A DNA stretch of 64,000 bases, taken from the NCBI RefSeq assembly GCF_018977255.1, contig NW_024704742.1, forward strand, positions 90,150,001-90,214,000, written 5' to 3'. This document shows, one piece after another, positions 50,164 through 63,255 of this stretch. The DNA comes from Callorhinchus milii. Its lineage: Eukaryota. A program made the translations under genes and the position numbers. Numbering within the stretch: position 1 is the first letter of the stretch; the number at the start of each line of letters is the position of its first letter. The notes under the pieces are model-generated. The model was not told the DNA's origin. It ran no database searches and worked only from the letters and a program-made list of their open reading frames with translations.

Positions 50164-51714
50164 GCTGCCAAGAAGGAGGGAGGGAAAAAAGGGGAAGGGG
50201 AGGTGATCATATGCAAAGAGGTACATTTAATGTGCTTGAAGAAGGATAGAGGTGGGGCGAGATGGAAGGATAGAAAGAGGGACTTCCAGAGGTTAGGGGC
50301 ATACCATCCAGTACACTTGTATTATTTTCCTGTTATGGGTTTATGGAGTCAGGCCATCACAAAATACTCTCTTCCTCCCACTTTAAGCATGGTGTACAAT
50401 ACGGACAGTGCTGCAAATACTCAGATGGCTGTTCTGATATTACTTAAGAGAAAACAAGTACCTTCAAGAATTTATAGATATCACAATACTGCCACAAATA
50501 TGCATCTACCAGACTTACTCTGCACTACGTGAGGGTTGCTCTCTAAACCATTGTTATGTGTATGTTTTTTTGCCGGGCCAATCTTCAATAAATGCCACGT
50601 CATTGCACTCAAAAGGGCATTTAGTAATATATTAATGTCACCAAGATCCTGTGCGAATGAGAAAGGACACTCAATGCCAATGCATTTCTTTCCATTTTCT
50701 CAGGGAAACCCTTTACTTGCTGCAAAATGTCTGGGGGGCCTCTGGCTACCAGACTGCTGTTGCTTTTTGTTTAGTGACCTGTCAGCTCTGCAAGTGCATT
50801 TTGTTGGAAAGCAAATCCAATGAAGACTACTTCTGGGGGACTGGCTTTTTATGTTTTTCTGACACTGACCATTAGAAACCCCTGTGGGTAAAAATTCCGT
50901 TTGGCGTTACTGCATTGCCTTTGACAATATCAGCGGCTAATGGGATTCCCCACTATATAATCTCCAATTACCAAAGACCGTATGCTTAATGCTGAGTGGA
51001 ACCCAAATTGTCAGATATTTCACTGGTGGATCGCTGGGAGTACCCAGTATATGATTAAATAGCAGAAATTTCATTCCGTTCCAGTACATGAATCTCAGAG
51101 ACTCTGAAATGCCAGCACATATTTTATTTTAACCTGAGGTCCTTCTTTTGCCACAGCTCATTCCCCATCCCCCACCCATTCCATCCTCATTCTTCCTCTG
51201 CCACATAACTTGTGCCAAATAAACAAATGCCTTCACAATGCAAACAGGCCTTTGACTGTGAAATTGCAGGCAAGGACAATTTAATTGCTTGGCAACGTTC
51301 AGGAGGCAAGAGAGTCAAGTAAAAGGTTTTATGAAAATAATTCTGATTGCCTTGTGGTATTAGCTATTAAAACTGTGGAAGAGTGTTCAATATGTATCAT
51401 TGATCAGTTACCACAGACTGATAAATCTAACTGTATTGAAAGAGAAAACTGAACGAGACAAGTCAGATAGGAGAGAGTGTTCCAATCAGGTGTGTAAATG
51501 GTCATCTTTGTGATAGAGGGGGGGGAAGTTGTACGTTTTCTCTGAGCAGCCCAGGTGCTGTCCAAGGTTTGCAAAACCATGTGGAGGAGATGCTGTGCTG
51601 TGACTTAGTGGCTTCATAATGAACAAGCTATCAAAACCTTTGGTGTGTTTAAGAAACAAAATGTGTGCAAAGTGTGGAACACACAGTCAACATTGTGGGG
51701 TCACTGATAATTAA

Positions 51715-52203
51715 ACTCTGCCGCCCGCTTTCTCACCCGCAACAAACTTCGCTCCCCGATTACCCCAGTCCTTGCCAGACTGCAGTGGCTGCCTATCCCA
51801 GAGAGGATCAACTTCAAGCTCCTTACCATTGTCTTCAAATCCCTCCATTTCTCTGCACCCCCCCTACCTCTCTGACCTTCTCTCTCCTCAAAACAGTGCC
51901 CGTTGCTTTCGTTCCACCGGGTTTGTCCTGTTCTTTGGCTCCAGAGTCCTCCGCTCCACCCTCAGTGGCCGTGCTTTCAGCCACTATGCCCGAGGCTCTG
52001 GAACTGCCTTCCTCACTCCCTTCACCTCGTTCCCTCGCTTCCTCTTTTCAGATCTCTGCTGAAGACCTTTCTTTTCGACCGCGCCTTTGGTCACCTTCCT
52101 CCCCCTCCCCTTGGCTCAGCCCCGGGATCCTTTACTGTGAAGCGCTCTGAGACGGTGTCCAGCGTGGAGGGCGCTATATAAATCCAAGTTATTGTTGTTA
52201 TTA
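51715..52203 (+). mobile_element. L2 3' fragment
   Basis: PRLWNCLP...FRSLLKTFLFDRAF; tail. Confidence 0.88.
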
Positions 52204-52224
52204 ACTCAAAAAAAATCTTTCAAA

Positions 52225-52507
52225 ATTGCATTTGAAAAAGAACCATTTATGCTGGAAAGACATCCTAAACAGCTTCACAGGATTTTACTGTAAAGTGCCA
52301 AACGCGATAACCAACTTGGGCACAGCAATATCCCACAAACAGCTATGCAGTGGAATTGGTCATTTATTCCATGACAGCTTGTGAGACATTGGTGTGCACA
52401 AATTGACTGTTGCGTTCGCCCAAAAAATTTACAGTAAAATTTTTGGATGTGCTTTAAGATGCCTTCCCAATGTGAAAAGGTGCTATATCAAATGCAAGGA
52501 TTATTAA
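52225..52507. mobile_element. Two SINE 3' fragments in inverted arrangement (minus about 52225-52350; plus about 52355-52507)
   Basis: gcacagcaatatcccacaaacagct versus agcttgtgagacattggtgtgc. Confidence 0.7.
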
Positions 52508-52571
52508 GGACTATTTATTTATCAAAATACAATTTGATGAGAATATGAGAAAAAGTGGAAAATATCAGGTT

Positions 52572-52946
52572 AAGTGCTATAACTCAGTAGTTAGAACACT
52601 CGTCTCGAAAGCGAGAGACCTGGGTTCAATTCCTGGGCAGGGCAAAATGATGGGCAAGTTTCCTTACTCCACACACCTCTATTTACCTAGCAGTAAGTAG
52701 GAATCCGGTTGTTAGTCAACTGGTGGATCACTTTTCCGGGGGTAATAATCGTTTCAAAAAATGTTTTAAAAAAAAAATGTGGTCACTCAAATCACTATTT
52801 GTGAGGCACTGCTGTGTGCAATTGGATGCCACATTTCGCCCATAAAATATACAGTCAATTCACTTTACAGTATATTCTGTGAAGGGCTTTGAAACATCTC
52901 GAAGACATGATAAGGCGCTACATCAAACGCAAGGACTATTATTATT
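52572..52946 (+). mobile_element. tRNA-SINE, long subfamily, flanked by ~85-bp direct repeats
   Basis: Head, internal segment, tail; repeats at 52486-52571 and 52948-53030. Confidence 0.9.
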
Positions 52947-53479
52947 GTATCAAATGCAAGGATTATTAAAGACTATTTCTTTATCAAAATATAATATTGT
53001 ATTACAAGAAAAAGAGGAAAATATCAGGTTTATAATAATAAAACTCTATGTTCCCATGAAAAGGCCAATGTACTTTCCATGCCGAAGGGAAATAATGCCA
53101 GTGATTTTCAATGTGCAATCTAGCAGAGCAACATAACGACAGCCTGTACCACTTCCTGTCCAAACTATCACCCAACCCAGCTGTGATGCATGAAAAGAAC
53201 TATTGTGGAAGGAACGGAAATCCCTGCCGTTATATTTCAGTTGAACCACATTGCCATTTTCCATGCTATTAATGATATGTGCATCGGAAACGACCAAAAC
53301 TTCACAAGGAAAAGGATGGGATTTAGGAGGCTGAGTGCCAAGAACAGACCTGCTTCAGATCATTGTTGCAGTGGTTTTCTGTTAACTCTGTGAAAATATA
53401 GTGACCTCAATTGTTCCGAATACAGGTGGGATGTTCTGCTGTAGATTTCTCAGTCCAGTGCTTCATTGGAACTAGGATA

Positions 53480-53695
53480 TGCAGGTTTTGAGTTGCAAAG
53501 GGCAATTTCAGAACAGACACCAGGAAGCGTTTTTTTACTCAGAGAGTAATTAACGAGTGGAACCAGTTGCCAGGAAGGTCAAGACACTTGGACGCATTTA
53601 AAAAACAGCTTGATTCTGCAATGGGAAGAGTGGAGGGCGGTTGTTCAGGAAGGATGAGATTTCTTCAACCAAACCAACCTTGTGATCTTGTGAAC
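53480..53695 (+). mobile_element. CR1 3' end
   Basis: tttactcagagagtaattaacgagtggaaccagttgcca (FTQRVINEWNQLP). Confidence 0.85.
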
Positions 53696-54229
53696 TGAGA
53701 ATTGCCATGTTGCTGGTGATTAAACAGGGAGTTGCTCCACCAGGGCGTGCTTAAAAATTGCTTAGTTACAAAACCATTTATTGATTTTTATAGCCCTAAA
53801 TTGGCTATTCTGATAGATTCTGGAATATTTTAGTGCTGTTTGTCACAATTGGCAAACTTCAGGTTGAGCAGTTACAGAGCTTTGCTGTACAATGAAGATG
53901 AATTTTGACACAGTTATAAAACCAATAATTCTGAGTTAGTGAGAGCTCTCTGAGAGGTTATCCTACATGAAGGGTGTTATAGATATGCAAGGTGCTAGTG
54001 TTGTTGAGTATCTGCTATCAGTCATTCAGCTCACTCACTCTGTCCAGTTCAGCACCTCCTACAAGCTTGTTCCTCACGTCATACACACTTGCTGCTTGAA
54101 CACGAGAAAGCATAACAATCCATAAATATAGGCAGGAAAACAAGAGAAGAGAATACACTTATAGATTCATAAATGGCACGGCTCAGAAACAACCCATCCA
54201 GTCCATCAAGTCCGGCTGTTGTTTAAACT

Positions 54230-54666
54230 AGATTCCATCCTTCGTCCCATAGGGCACTGCTGATGACAGCACGGCCAAACTATGTGATACGCCTGAAGCT
54301 GGAAGGGAATCATGCCACTCAGTTCCTGTTAATCCTGCAAGCCAAAGCCCTATGGGTAGGCTGCTACAAGAAAGCTTGCCAGTCAGCGATATCAATGGCA
54401 AGCTATGTGGTTTTAGCTGGTTAGATTCCAGCAGTACACACTCTGGGGTACCCAAGCCTTGGCTTTTGTCAAATTGTGCCTAATATTTTCCAGAATTAGG
54501 TAAGCAGGATGCGTTCCTCCAGAGAGAGGGTGCAAATTCCATTCCAACAATCTACCTCTTGAATTCCCATGTGTAGGTAGGATGCATGGAATTCTAAGTT
54601 TGGTTTGGATACTCTTAAGCATAGTAAAGGGTTTCCTTGTGTGTCAGACAGCCAGCTGACAAAAAC
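54230..54666 (+). repeat. Unclassified A-tailed repeat, truncated copy
   Basis: Matches 38400-38772; ends cagctgacAAAAA. Confidence 0.85.
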
Positions 54667-55626
54667 ATCCTGTTTTTTCCATATCCCTCAACGTTTATTC
54701 TCTCTTAACCATATGGATGTGAGTGTGCACATGATTGCCACCCCAACAATTGACTGTAGCAGAGAGGTACACAATACTTGACGCAAATACTGAACAAAAA
54801 AATCCTTCACAATACATGGAATGATACAAAGGAACTCTTCATGATTAAAAGAGTTCTGGGGAAAAGGTCATCCCTTTGGAAGGAGAGTTCTAGGAGTCTT
54901 GCAGCCTCAATCATAAAGTGGGACTGCAGGAGTGATTCGACACATAATGTCACAGGCCACATTGCTTTCAAGTGAGTGTTTTTGTAGGCAAATGCGGCAG
55001 TCACTTGTGCCAACACGATCCCATAAAGAGTAATGAGGTGAAGTGACCAATTAATCTGGAGGGTTGCTGGCCAGAGACATAGGATGAAACTCCCTTATTT
55101 TTGAAAGGTACACTGCATGAATCTATTTTCCTATTTTCCAAAATAAATTTTCAAACCACATAATGTCATTTGATAAAAGTTTGGAAAAACTTGTAACTTC
55201 TCAAAGATGTTAACAAGGAAAGCCTTATTGCTAAAAAGAAAAAAAAGTTGAAACAGAGGCAAATGTGTCACACAGAGAAAAGAGGCTTAAAAGCTTAATT
55301 TCCTGTGATTTCCTGTGAAGAGTTTTATTTTATGAAAAGGGAAACAAGTTAAAAGCACACGCAGAGCTATTAGCAGTTGTTGCCAGGTATCAACGCCGTA
55401 TGTTATGGAGCACAAGGAGCGAAGGGTTGCTGACCTCTAGATCCAGTGAACGAAAGGTCAGTCTGTAGTTACAGCTTTACTGTTTGTTGACCATTAACTC
55501 AACTGCTCCTGTACTTGTACACAGAAACATAGAGACATAGGTGGGAAGAAGTGAAAAAAGGCTGAGGCCCAACTAGTCCACTCCTGGGAGTTACGTCCCC
55601 TCCCCCACGCCACAATGTACGCAATG

Positions 55627-55997
55627 TGGAGTTCTGTTGCTCTGTGGTTAGAGCAGTTGCCTTGCAAGTGAGAGACCTGGGTTCCATTTCTGGCAAAGCA
55701 AAATGTTGGGCAGGTTTCCTTACTCCACGTGCCTCTGTTTAGCTAGCAGTAAATTGAAACCCGGTTGTTAGTCAATTGACGAATTGCTTTTTCCCGGGTA
55801 ATAATTCATTCAAAATAATTTTTTTTAAAAAATTTGGTCATTCAATCCACGACTGCTCTGCATGATTGGCTGCCGGGTTTTGCCCACAAAATATACAGTC
55901 AATTCAATTTATAGGATATGTTCTGAAGTGCTTTGAGACATCTCGAAGACATGATAAGGTGCTATACCAAATGTAAGTAATATTAACATTATTATTA
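55627..55997 (+). mobile_element. tRNA-SINE, long subfamily
   Basis: Collinear with 52572-52946. Confidence 0.88.
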
Positions 55998-57029
55998 CAC
56001 CTCTCTGTGTGCTGGTGTCTAAGTTCCCTCCTAGAGGAGGCAAAAGTTAGAGCAAACCACCCAAATAAATGGACAATTTAGTGGAAAAAAGATTTACCTG
56101 GAAAATTACTGCCCAACTCCTGGGAGTAGTAAAGCGAGCTCCAGGAAATGGATGAGCCACTGCTAACACAAGAGAGTTGTTTAATATCCTCTTCACCCTG
56201 TTACACCACGTGGCAAATGGGCAACTTTCAATACAACGGCAATCACTGCAGGTGAAACCACATGGCCTGATAGGCAATGTTCAACTCACCAGCAATTTAC
56301 AAATTATAATAGAAGATAAATTCTCCTTTTGAATTAGTATTTTTGTTTTCAAGAATTAAAGTCTGAACTATCACTTTTGAAACATCTCCAATGTGGTACT
56401 CAGCTCAGAGCTTGGGAGTGGGGTTAGAGGTCAATTTGATCCTCTTGCCATTCAGCTCCTGACTTGAGCCACACTGAGTGGGATACACAAAGTGTAGGGT
56501 TACAGCATTTCCCTCTTATGGAGGGAGGAGGGGGAGGGAAGCCAGAGGGAAGATTTGCAACTGATTGTCCAATGTCACTTCTTAGACCCCAGCCTCAAGG
56601 GTTTTGTACATCCTTCCATTTTTAACATTTTTATCACATTATTGAAATGCCTCAAAGCACGGCACAGGATTTACTGTAAAATGTATAATTTTGTATGCCT
56701 CTCACCTGTTCATCTGGTTTCTTTATTCTGATCTGATGACCTATGGCCAAACCTTTTCTGGTGAGTTTGTTCCACAGATGAGCACGCACTTAAGGACAAG
56801 AGGTCCAGAAAATGCGGTTTCCACTGACGTCTCTTAGTGACTTTTAAAAAGGAAGAGAAAAGATAATCCAGTGCATCAAACAATAACCCAACAATATTGT
56901 GTTTAGTCTTGTAAAGAAGAGATGGAGATAGCTGTGCTTTCCTGTGCAATTACATGCAGGCTTCTGCTGCGGCAGCTATGTGTACAACCTCACAAAACAT
57001 TGAATTCTTCTGTCCATGAACAAAGAAGT

Positions 57030-57465
57030 GCCTGGTTCAGTTGGTAGCATTCTCACCCCCTTGTCAGAAATTGTGGGTTCAAGCTCCACGTTAGGACTTT
57101 GAACTCACAGTCTAGGCTGACCATACAATAAAGTGCTGGAGGAGCATTGCATTGTTGGAGGTGCCATCCTTTGCATGAGACATTAAACCAAGAAACTAGC
57201 TGGCACTTCAAGTGCACTTTAAAGATCCCATGGAATTTTTCAACAAGTGAAGGGAGTTTCTCCAGTGTCCTGACCAACAATCCCTCAGATAAAAATGGTC
57301 ATTCACTTCAAGGATGTTTGTCAGACATTGCGGTGCGCAAATTAGCTACCACTTTTGGTTACAAAATACACAGTCACTATACTTCACAGTAAAATTCCAG
57401 TGAAGCACTTTGAGACGTCCTCTAGATGTAAGATGTATAAAATGTAAGGATTATAATTTATTATA
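57030..57465 (+). mobile_element. Full-length old Deu-domain SINE (SacSINE1/AmnSINE1-like)
   Basis: ggttcagttggtagca A box, gggttcaagctcc B box, taaagatcccatgg...gggagtttctccagtgtcctgaccaaca...attgcggtgcgcaaattagct, L2-type tail. Confidence 0.82.
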
Positions 57466-57811
57466 TCTAATCTTGCCTCTCTCAAGAGTAGTTACTGGTC
57501 AGCCTCCAGATGTTTAAATATTTAGTGCTTCCCATCCTTTTTCAAATTCAAATTTCTCACATTTGAACAGACTCCCAACAGATGATGCCATCCACTCACT
57601 CCTTCATATAGGAACTAAATACAGCTAAATACAGGTTAATATAAGGATCGATACAGACGGAGGTGAACAAACACTCCCATGGAACACAATGATTTCTATG
57701 CTGCTGTGACCAGAAGAGTGAGGAAAGAGTTGGGCAAAAGTCTGCCAGGGTTAAGTTGTTGAGATGTGCGGATGGATCAAATATCAGGAATTGTTACTGA
57801 GTTATCATTGA

Positions 57812-58190
57812 GTGTCAGTTGTGAGTTCAAGCCCCATGTTGAAATTCATATAGCCTAGGCTAACACTCCAATGCAATGCTGGAAATCCTGGATTGTTCGA
57901 AGTGCTGTCCTTCAGATGAAACATTAAACTGAGACCCAATCTGCATGCTCAGGTGAATGTTAAAGATCCCATGGCGCTATTCAAAAACATAAATAAGTTT
58001 TTTTCTAGTATTCTGGCCAACAATCCCCCACACAAAATTGGTCACTCACTTCAATGGCTATTTGTGTTTGTGTCGCGTTCACCCACAAAACACAGGCACT
58101 GCACTTTACAGTAAATCCTGTGAAGCGCTTTGCGACATCCTTGTGAGGTGAAAGGCACTTTACCAAATGTAAGGATTATTTATTTATTCA
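57812..58190 (+). mobile_element. Old Deu-domain SINE
   Basis: Collinear with 57030-57465. Confidence 0.8.
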
Positions 58191-58770
58191 TTCAGCTTTT
58201 TCCTTCACTTTGTTCAGCCCAGGCCTTGGAAAGGGGAGGGGAAGAATATACCTCTAAAGTACATGAGGATGGGGGTAATAAATGTAATGCTTTCATGAAT
58301 GCCAGAGTTATAAAATATCACATTTTCACTCCATTATTAACTATTATTAACTATTGCTTATAAACTGCCTACAGAAACTGGCTCAAAGGACCTTACTCTA
58401 ACGTCTAATCAGAGTTAGAAGGTTTTGGTTACAACAAATGTTTTAAATTGACCTCAATTTACAATCTGAATTATATGTTTGTGAAAAACATCTGAGACAG
58501 GTTTCAATCCGTGGAGGAAAGGGTTTGAAAGCTTGTGTTTCCACAAGGCAATCTCTGTAATAATGTGGAGGTCTGGGTCCTTCATTTCAAACCCCTGCAT
58601 TAAAACAAAGCATGGTCCTTTTTCAGATGGCCAGGTTGTTACTCACTTCAACTCCTTTGCGTTACATGCATGTGGTCCATGAGAAAGAAGCCTCATTGAG
58701 ATTTTACGTTCAATACACATGCACTTCATTCATAAAGTGTTGCCAATTGCGCTTCCAGCACATGGCACGC

Positions 58771-58823
58771 AGGAAGTGACATCAAGGCACTCAGAAGACA
58801 GCCATTTATTTCAGCACCGGAAG
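58771..58823 (+). promoter_or_regulatory. ETS plus CRE-like composite (AGGAAGTGACATCA) and a second ETS site (ACCGGAAG)
   Basis: Motif matches in non-repeat sequence. Confidence 0.22.
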
Positions 58824-60082
58824 ATCGGGGTGTTGTGCTTCTGGTATAGCATGGGTCCACAGTAAACCAACTCTATAAGCAAACCCTCACTACACCTGGA
58901 CATATTCAAACAGGGTCCACTTGTATTAAGTGGTCAGGCAGTATACCAGTTTTTCTGTGCAAGTGGTTGGTGAGGAAATAGAAGGGGAAAACATTGAACT
59001 GGGTGAACATTCCAGTTTTGCCACTGAAGAAGACAAGTGGTTCCAAAAACTTAGAGCTGTTATCTGGAGTTTTAAGGTTGAAATGAAACTAAGTAGAAGA
59101 TCCAAAGCAAAGCCAGTATGGCTTATCTTTCTCTGCCCCTGCCCACCCCAATAATACAATTTACATTTATATAGTCCCTCTCATCTCGGGAGTACATCTT
59201 AAAGCACTTCACAGTCTTGGAATGGGCACTCGAGCTGGGAGTTGCAGCCAATTATTGTTAAAACTGTTGATCTGAAAAGGCAGTAGGTTTAACTAAATGG
59301 AACTTACAAGCAGTGGTCTGAATATTTTTCTAATAAAAGTGATGTTGTTCCTACAAATAATAGGTTTTACCGCAATCTATTTCCAATTTCCTCTTGTAAC
59401 GTTAGCTATGAAAATAAAACACTCAGCATTCAATCTAGAAGGTGAAGTGATACTAGCCATACCATATTCCATGGTTAAATTCCAGTTACATGCAGAACAA
59501 CTTCAACAACAACTTGCATTTAAATAGCGCTCTTCACAAGGGGTAGTGTCTTGGTGCTTTTAGCTGGAGGCAAAGCATTTAAAAGCAGGGAAGGATTTTT
59601 GTGAAACAATGTTTACCCTGTGTTGAGAGCAGAGGACTAAAATGCTTTAGTTATACTACAGGCAATAGTATGATGTTGTGCAAGTGGTGGAGTGATTCAG
59701 AGCCAGCAAACTGTACATTTCTTTTTTACTAATGCCACATTGCTCTCACCCAGGACTCAGGCCAAAGTAAAGGGAGCCTTTGCCCATGCCAAGTTAAGCA
59801 CATGCAAGAGCTCTGATAACCAGAACTAAACACTGGCCGGTTGTTAATCATTAAAGAGCTGGAAGTGTGGCAGGCTCAATGATAAAGTCAACATGCCTAA
59901 AGACAGCCCAACAACAGAATGGGAATTTCAAACTCAAGTATGGAGATTGGTGCTGAACTGGCTTCAGTAACAGCAGGACTACACTGTAGCTGTGTGCTTC
60001 AATCAGATTCTAGAGCATATTTCAGAAGCAGTATTCTGAGATGAATTAATATCAGTGAAACACTGCATTTCCAGCATTGATT

Positions 60083-60409
60083 TATAATAATATAATAATA
60101 ATATTACTTGCATTTGATATAGCACTTTTCACGTCAGGAGGACATCCCAAAGCGCTTCACAGAACACACTGTAAAGTGAATTGACTGTATATTTGTGGGC
60201 GAACGCGGCAGCCAATTGCGCACAGCAATGTCCCACAAACAGTCGTAGATTGAAAATGACCAATTTAATTATTGTTTTTGGTTTTTTGGAGGGATAATTA
60301 TTAGTCGTGTGGAGTAAGGAAACTTGCCCAAGGTTTCGCCCTGCCTGGAATTGAACTCAGGTCTCTCACTTGCAAAGCGAGTGCTCTAACCACTGAGCTA
60401 CAGGACTCC
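60083..60409 (-). mobile_element. Young tRNA-SINE, short subfamily
   Basis: Near-identical antisense match to 45362-45680. Confidence 0.93.
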
Positions 60410-60682
60410 ACAATATGGAAACTGCATTGTATCAATGCCAATTTCAGTATGTGGTATGAAACACCAGACACAAACACCTCCCACTCAGCCACTGGAAAAA
60501 GAACAAGTAGCATTCGAATAAGAAGCAAGATTAAATAATGAATTCCATTATTTCCTGGATTCCCAAGGGGGCTTGGCTGAAAGTTGATTGTACACTTCCA
60601 TGGATTGGCCTGCAGCTGTTTACCATATACTTTCTATATATTATATAATACACATGTATATAATATAGCTAAAACAAATAGA

Positions 60683-61890
60683 CAATAACAACAACAAAAA
60701 AAAATATATTTGTATAGCGCCTTTCACATCAGGAGAACGTCCCAAGGTGCTGGACTATCAGTGTTTTGGACCTGAGCTGGGGGCCTGGGTCGGGGAGGGT
60801 GGAGGACGGGGGGGAGAAGGAGGGTTGAAGAGGAGTCTTGAGATGGGTTTTGAAGGAGGCAAGGGAGAGGGCGAGGCAGAGGGACTGTGAGATGGAGTTC
60901 CAGAGGGTGGGGGCAGAGTGGCAGAAGATCCACCCACTAATGGTGCTGCATGCGAGGCGGGGGATGTGAAGCAGGCTGGAGCTCGCTGAGCAAAGAGAGC
61001 GAGCAGGATAGTAGAGGGTTAGGAGGTCGCAGAGGTAAGGCCATGGAGGGCTTTGAAGGTGAGGACCAGGATCTTGAACTGTATCCTCTGTATGATGGGA
61101 AGCCAGTGGAGTCGGGCGAGGATGGGGGTGATAGGGTTACGGAGCCTCGTGTGGGAGAGGACGCGGACTGCAGATTTCTGGATGATCTGCAGCCTAAGGA
61201 GGGAGTAGTTGGGGAGGCTGACAAGCAAGGAATTTGCATAGTCAAGCCTCAATGTTATGAATGCGTGTGTGAGGGTTTCAGTGGCCTGCGGTGTGAGACA
61301 ATGGCGGTGTTGGGCAATGTTGCAGAGGTGGGAGAAGGCAGACCGAGTCAAGCCACGGATGTGGGGTAGAAAGGATAGTTGAGGTTCAAACAAGACCCCA
61401 AGGTTCCAGACTGGCTTAGCAAGGTGGAGTGTGCAACCATGGATGGCGATGCTGTCAGTGCCTGAGGTGTGGAGGCGCTGACGGGAGCCAATCAGGAGGG
61501 CTTCAGTCTTGTTGATGTTCAACTGAAGAAAATTAACTCTCATCCAAAACTTGATGTCTGACAGACATTCTGTCAGGATAGCAGTGGTCCTGGAGTCGAG
61601 GGTGGTGGCAGAGAGGTACAGTTGGGTGTCATCTGCAAACATGTGGAAGTTGACACAATATCTGTGAATGATGTCACCAAGATGGAGCATATAGATTTTG
61701 AAGAGGAGGGGACCAAGGATAGAGCACTGAGGAACGCTGCACGAGATGGTGTGGGGGCTAGAGGAGAAGCCATTTGTGGAGATGAAATGGAGGCGGTGTG
61801 AGGGGTACCATCTGAACCAGTCAAGGACAGAACCATGAAGGTTGAGGTCAGAGGAGAGGCAGTGGATAAAGATAGTGTGGTCAACATAGA
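60683..61890 (-). mobile_element. Longest L2 LINE fragment; RT domain readable for about 290 codons
   Basis: VLDWFRWY..SVPQCSILGPLLFKIYM..FHMFADDTQLY..WMRVNFLQLNINKTE..LHWLP; 5'-truncated, frameshift at 3' end, tail. Confidence 0.95.
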
Positions 61891-61894
61891 TATA

Positions 61895-62500
61895 AACGGG
61901 AATATATCTACGTTTGCTGATGGCACAAAGTTTGAATGCATGGTGAGTGGTGAAGGACAGCGCAGAAATTTGCAAGCAGATTTTGATAATCATGAGGAGG
62001 GGTATTGCAAATGCAATTAAATGTAGCAAAATGGGAAACAATCTATTATGAGCATAAAAATGGAGGAGGGGATTTCAAATAGAAGTAAATGAGGATTTTT
62101 AAGCCGGAACCAATAAACACAGGGATTTAATTGTATGAATAAACAAATCATTACAAGTCAGTTCACATGTGTAGTGCACCAGTGGAAAACTGGAATGCTC
62201 AGCTGGAGGCATAGAATTTAAAAGCAGGGGAGGATTTTTGTTGCTATATTGGGCATACTGACAAGACCAAATTGCATGCAATTTTAAAATCCTCTTTACA
62301 GAAAGGATTGCAGTGAATGTTTTGTAAGTTTCTAAATACCAGATATGAGAAAGCTAATATATAGTAAAATCAAGGATAGACAAGGGGTGTACTATATAGA
62401 GAAATAGTTTAGAATTATCAAGAGGCTCAACAAAATAAGAATTGAGCGACTTTTTCACCCCTGATATGTCCATGAGTTACAAGAGGACATAGCTTTAAAT
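61895..62500 (+). mobile_element. Old CR1 RT fragment abutting the L2
   Basis: ORF 61835-62020 ISTFADGTKF...RNLQADF resembles CR1 ISKFADDTKL..LQ.DL. Confidence 0.7.
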
Positions 62501-62512
62501 GAGATCAAATTA

Positions 62513-62725
62513 CTTTTGTTTTGTCCTATGTCCGACAATGCAGAAACCCATCATTATGCTTAAGAACATCCAAATCAGACAAAGTTTGATATTCGTATGC
62601 CACCAACGCAAGGAAATTTCCCTGTCTGAAATGAAATGCACACTTTGTCCGTGGAGGGATGTATCCTGTTTAGATAATTAGGCCCAGGTTGGTAAGAGCA
62701 AAGGCTAACGGCCCCAGAGTGTATA
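62513..62725 (-). repeat. Unclassified A-tailed repeat, truncated copy; another copy at about 63280-63400 (plus)
   Basis: catcattatgcttaagaacatccaaatcaga...; tttggatgttcttaagcatgatgatggg. Confidence 0.75.
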
Positions 62726-63139
62726 TATTCTATTGCAGACACAGTGAAATTTCAAAAGGTAAGTAGCATATATATGTGGAACTCAGCCTTGTCAGCTAGT
62801 CATTTTAACATAGACTGTACAGGTTTCTGGATGAACTGTGCAGGTATTAGGAGGGACAACCACCCCCTTAGGGTGAGTGGAGGGGAGTGGCAGAACCATC
62901 CAAAGGATGGATAGGGACCAGGTCACTGAATGTGCCCTAATGACCTGGCTCAGGGTGGTCCAACCTTATGGCTGCTGAAGGCCTGATGCTCTATTTGAGA
63001 AATGTCTGCGGGTGGCATAAGCAATATTTTTGTGTTTCCCTTCCAGAAACATAACATAACATTTCCGAGTTATGGATGAAGCAGGTAGACCAGATGAAAT
63101 AAAGGCGGGGGAGTGAAATCGGCAATGAAATGATCACAT

Positions 63140-63255
63140 TGTCGAGACATCTCAAAGCATTTTACAGGTTATACCGTAAAGTGGATTGACTGTGTTTTTT
63201 GTGGGCGAACGCGGCAGCAAGATTGCGCACAGCAATGTCGCACAAAGGCCATGGA
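63140..63255 (-). mobile_element. SINE body fragment
   Basis: gtgggcgaacgcggcagcaagattgcgcacagcaatg. Confidence 0.8.

Noticed and set aside
58930..59154. Acidic, protein-like ORF (EEIEGENIELGEH...)
   Set aside because: No convincing splice sites, start codon or homology
61019..62041. 340-aa ORF as a functional gene or active RT
   Set aside because: Chimeric: the first ~50 codons are antisense CR1 and the rest is a 5'-truncated L2 RT with no endonuclease and a frameshifted C-terminus
62951..62985. hAT-like TIR (CAGGGTGGTCCAACC)
   Set aside because: Only one end seen; no matching TIR or 8-bp TSD found
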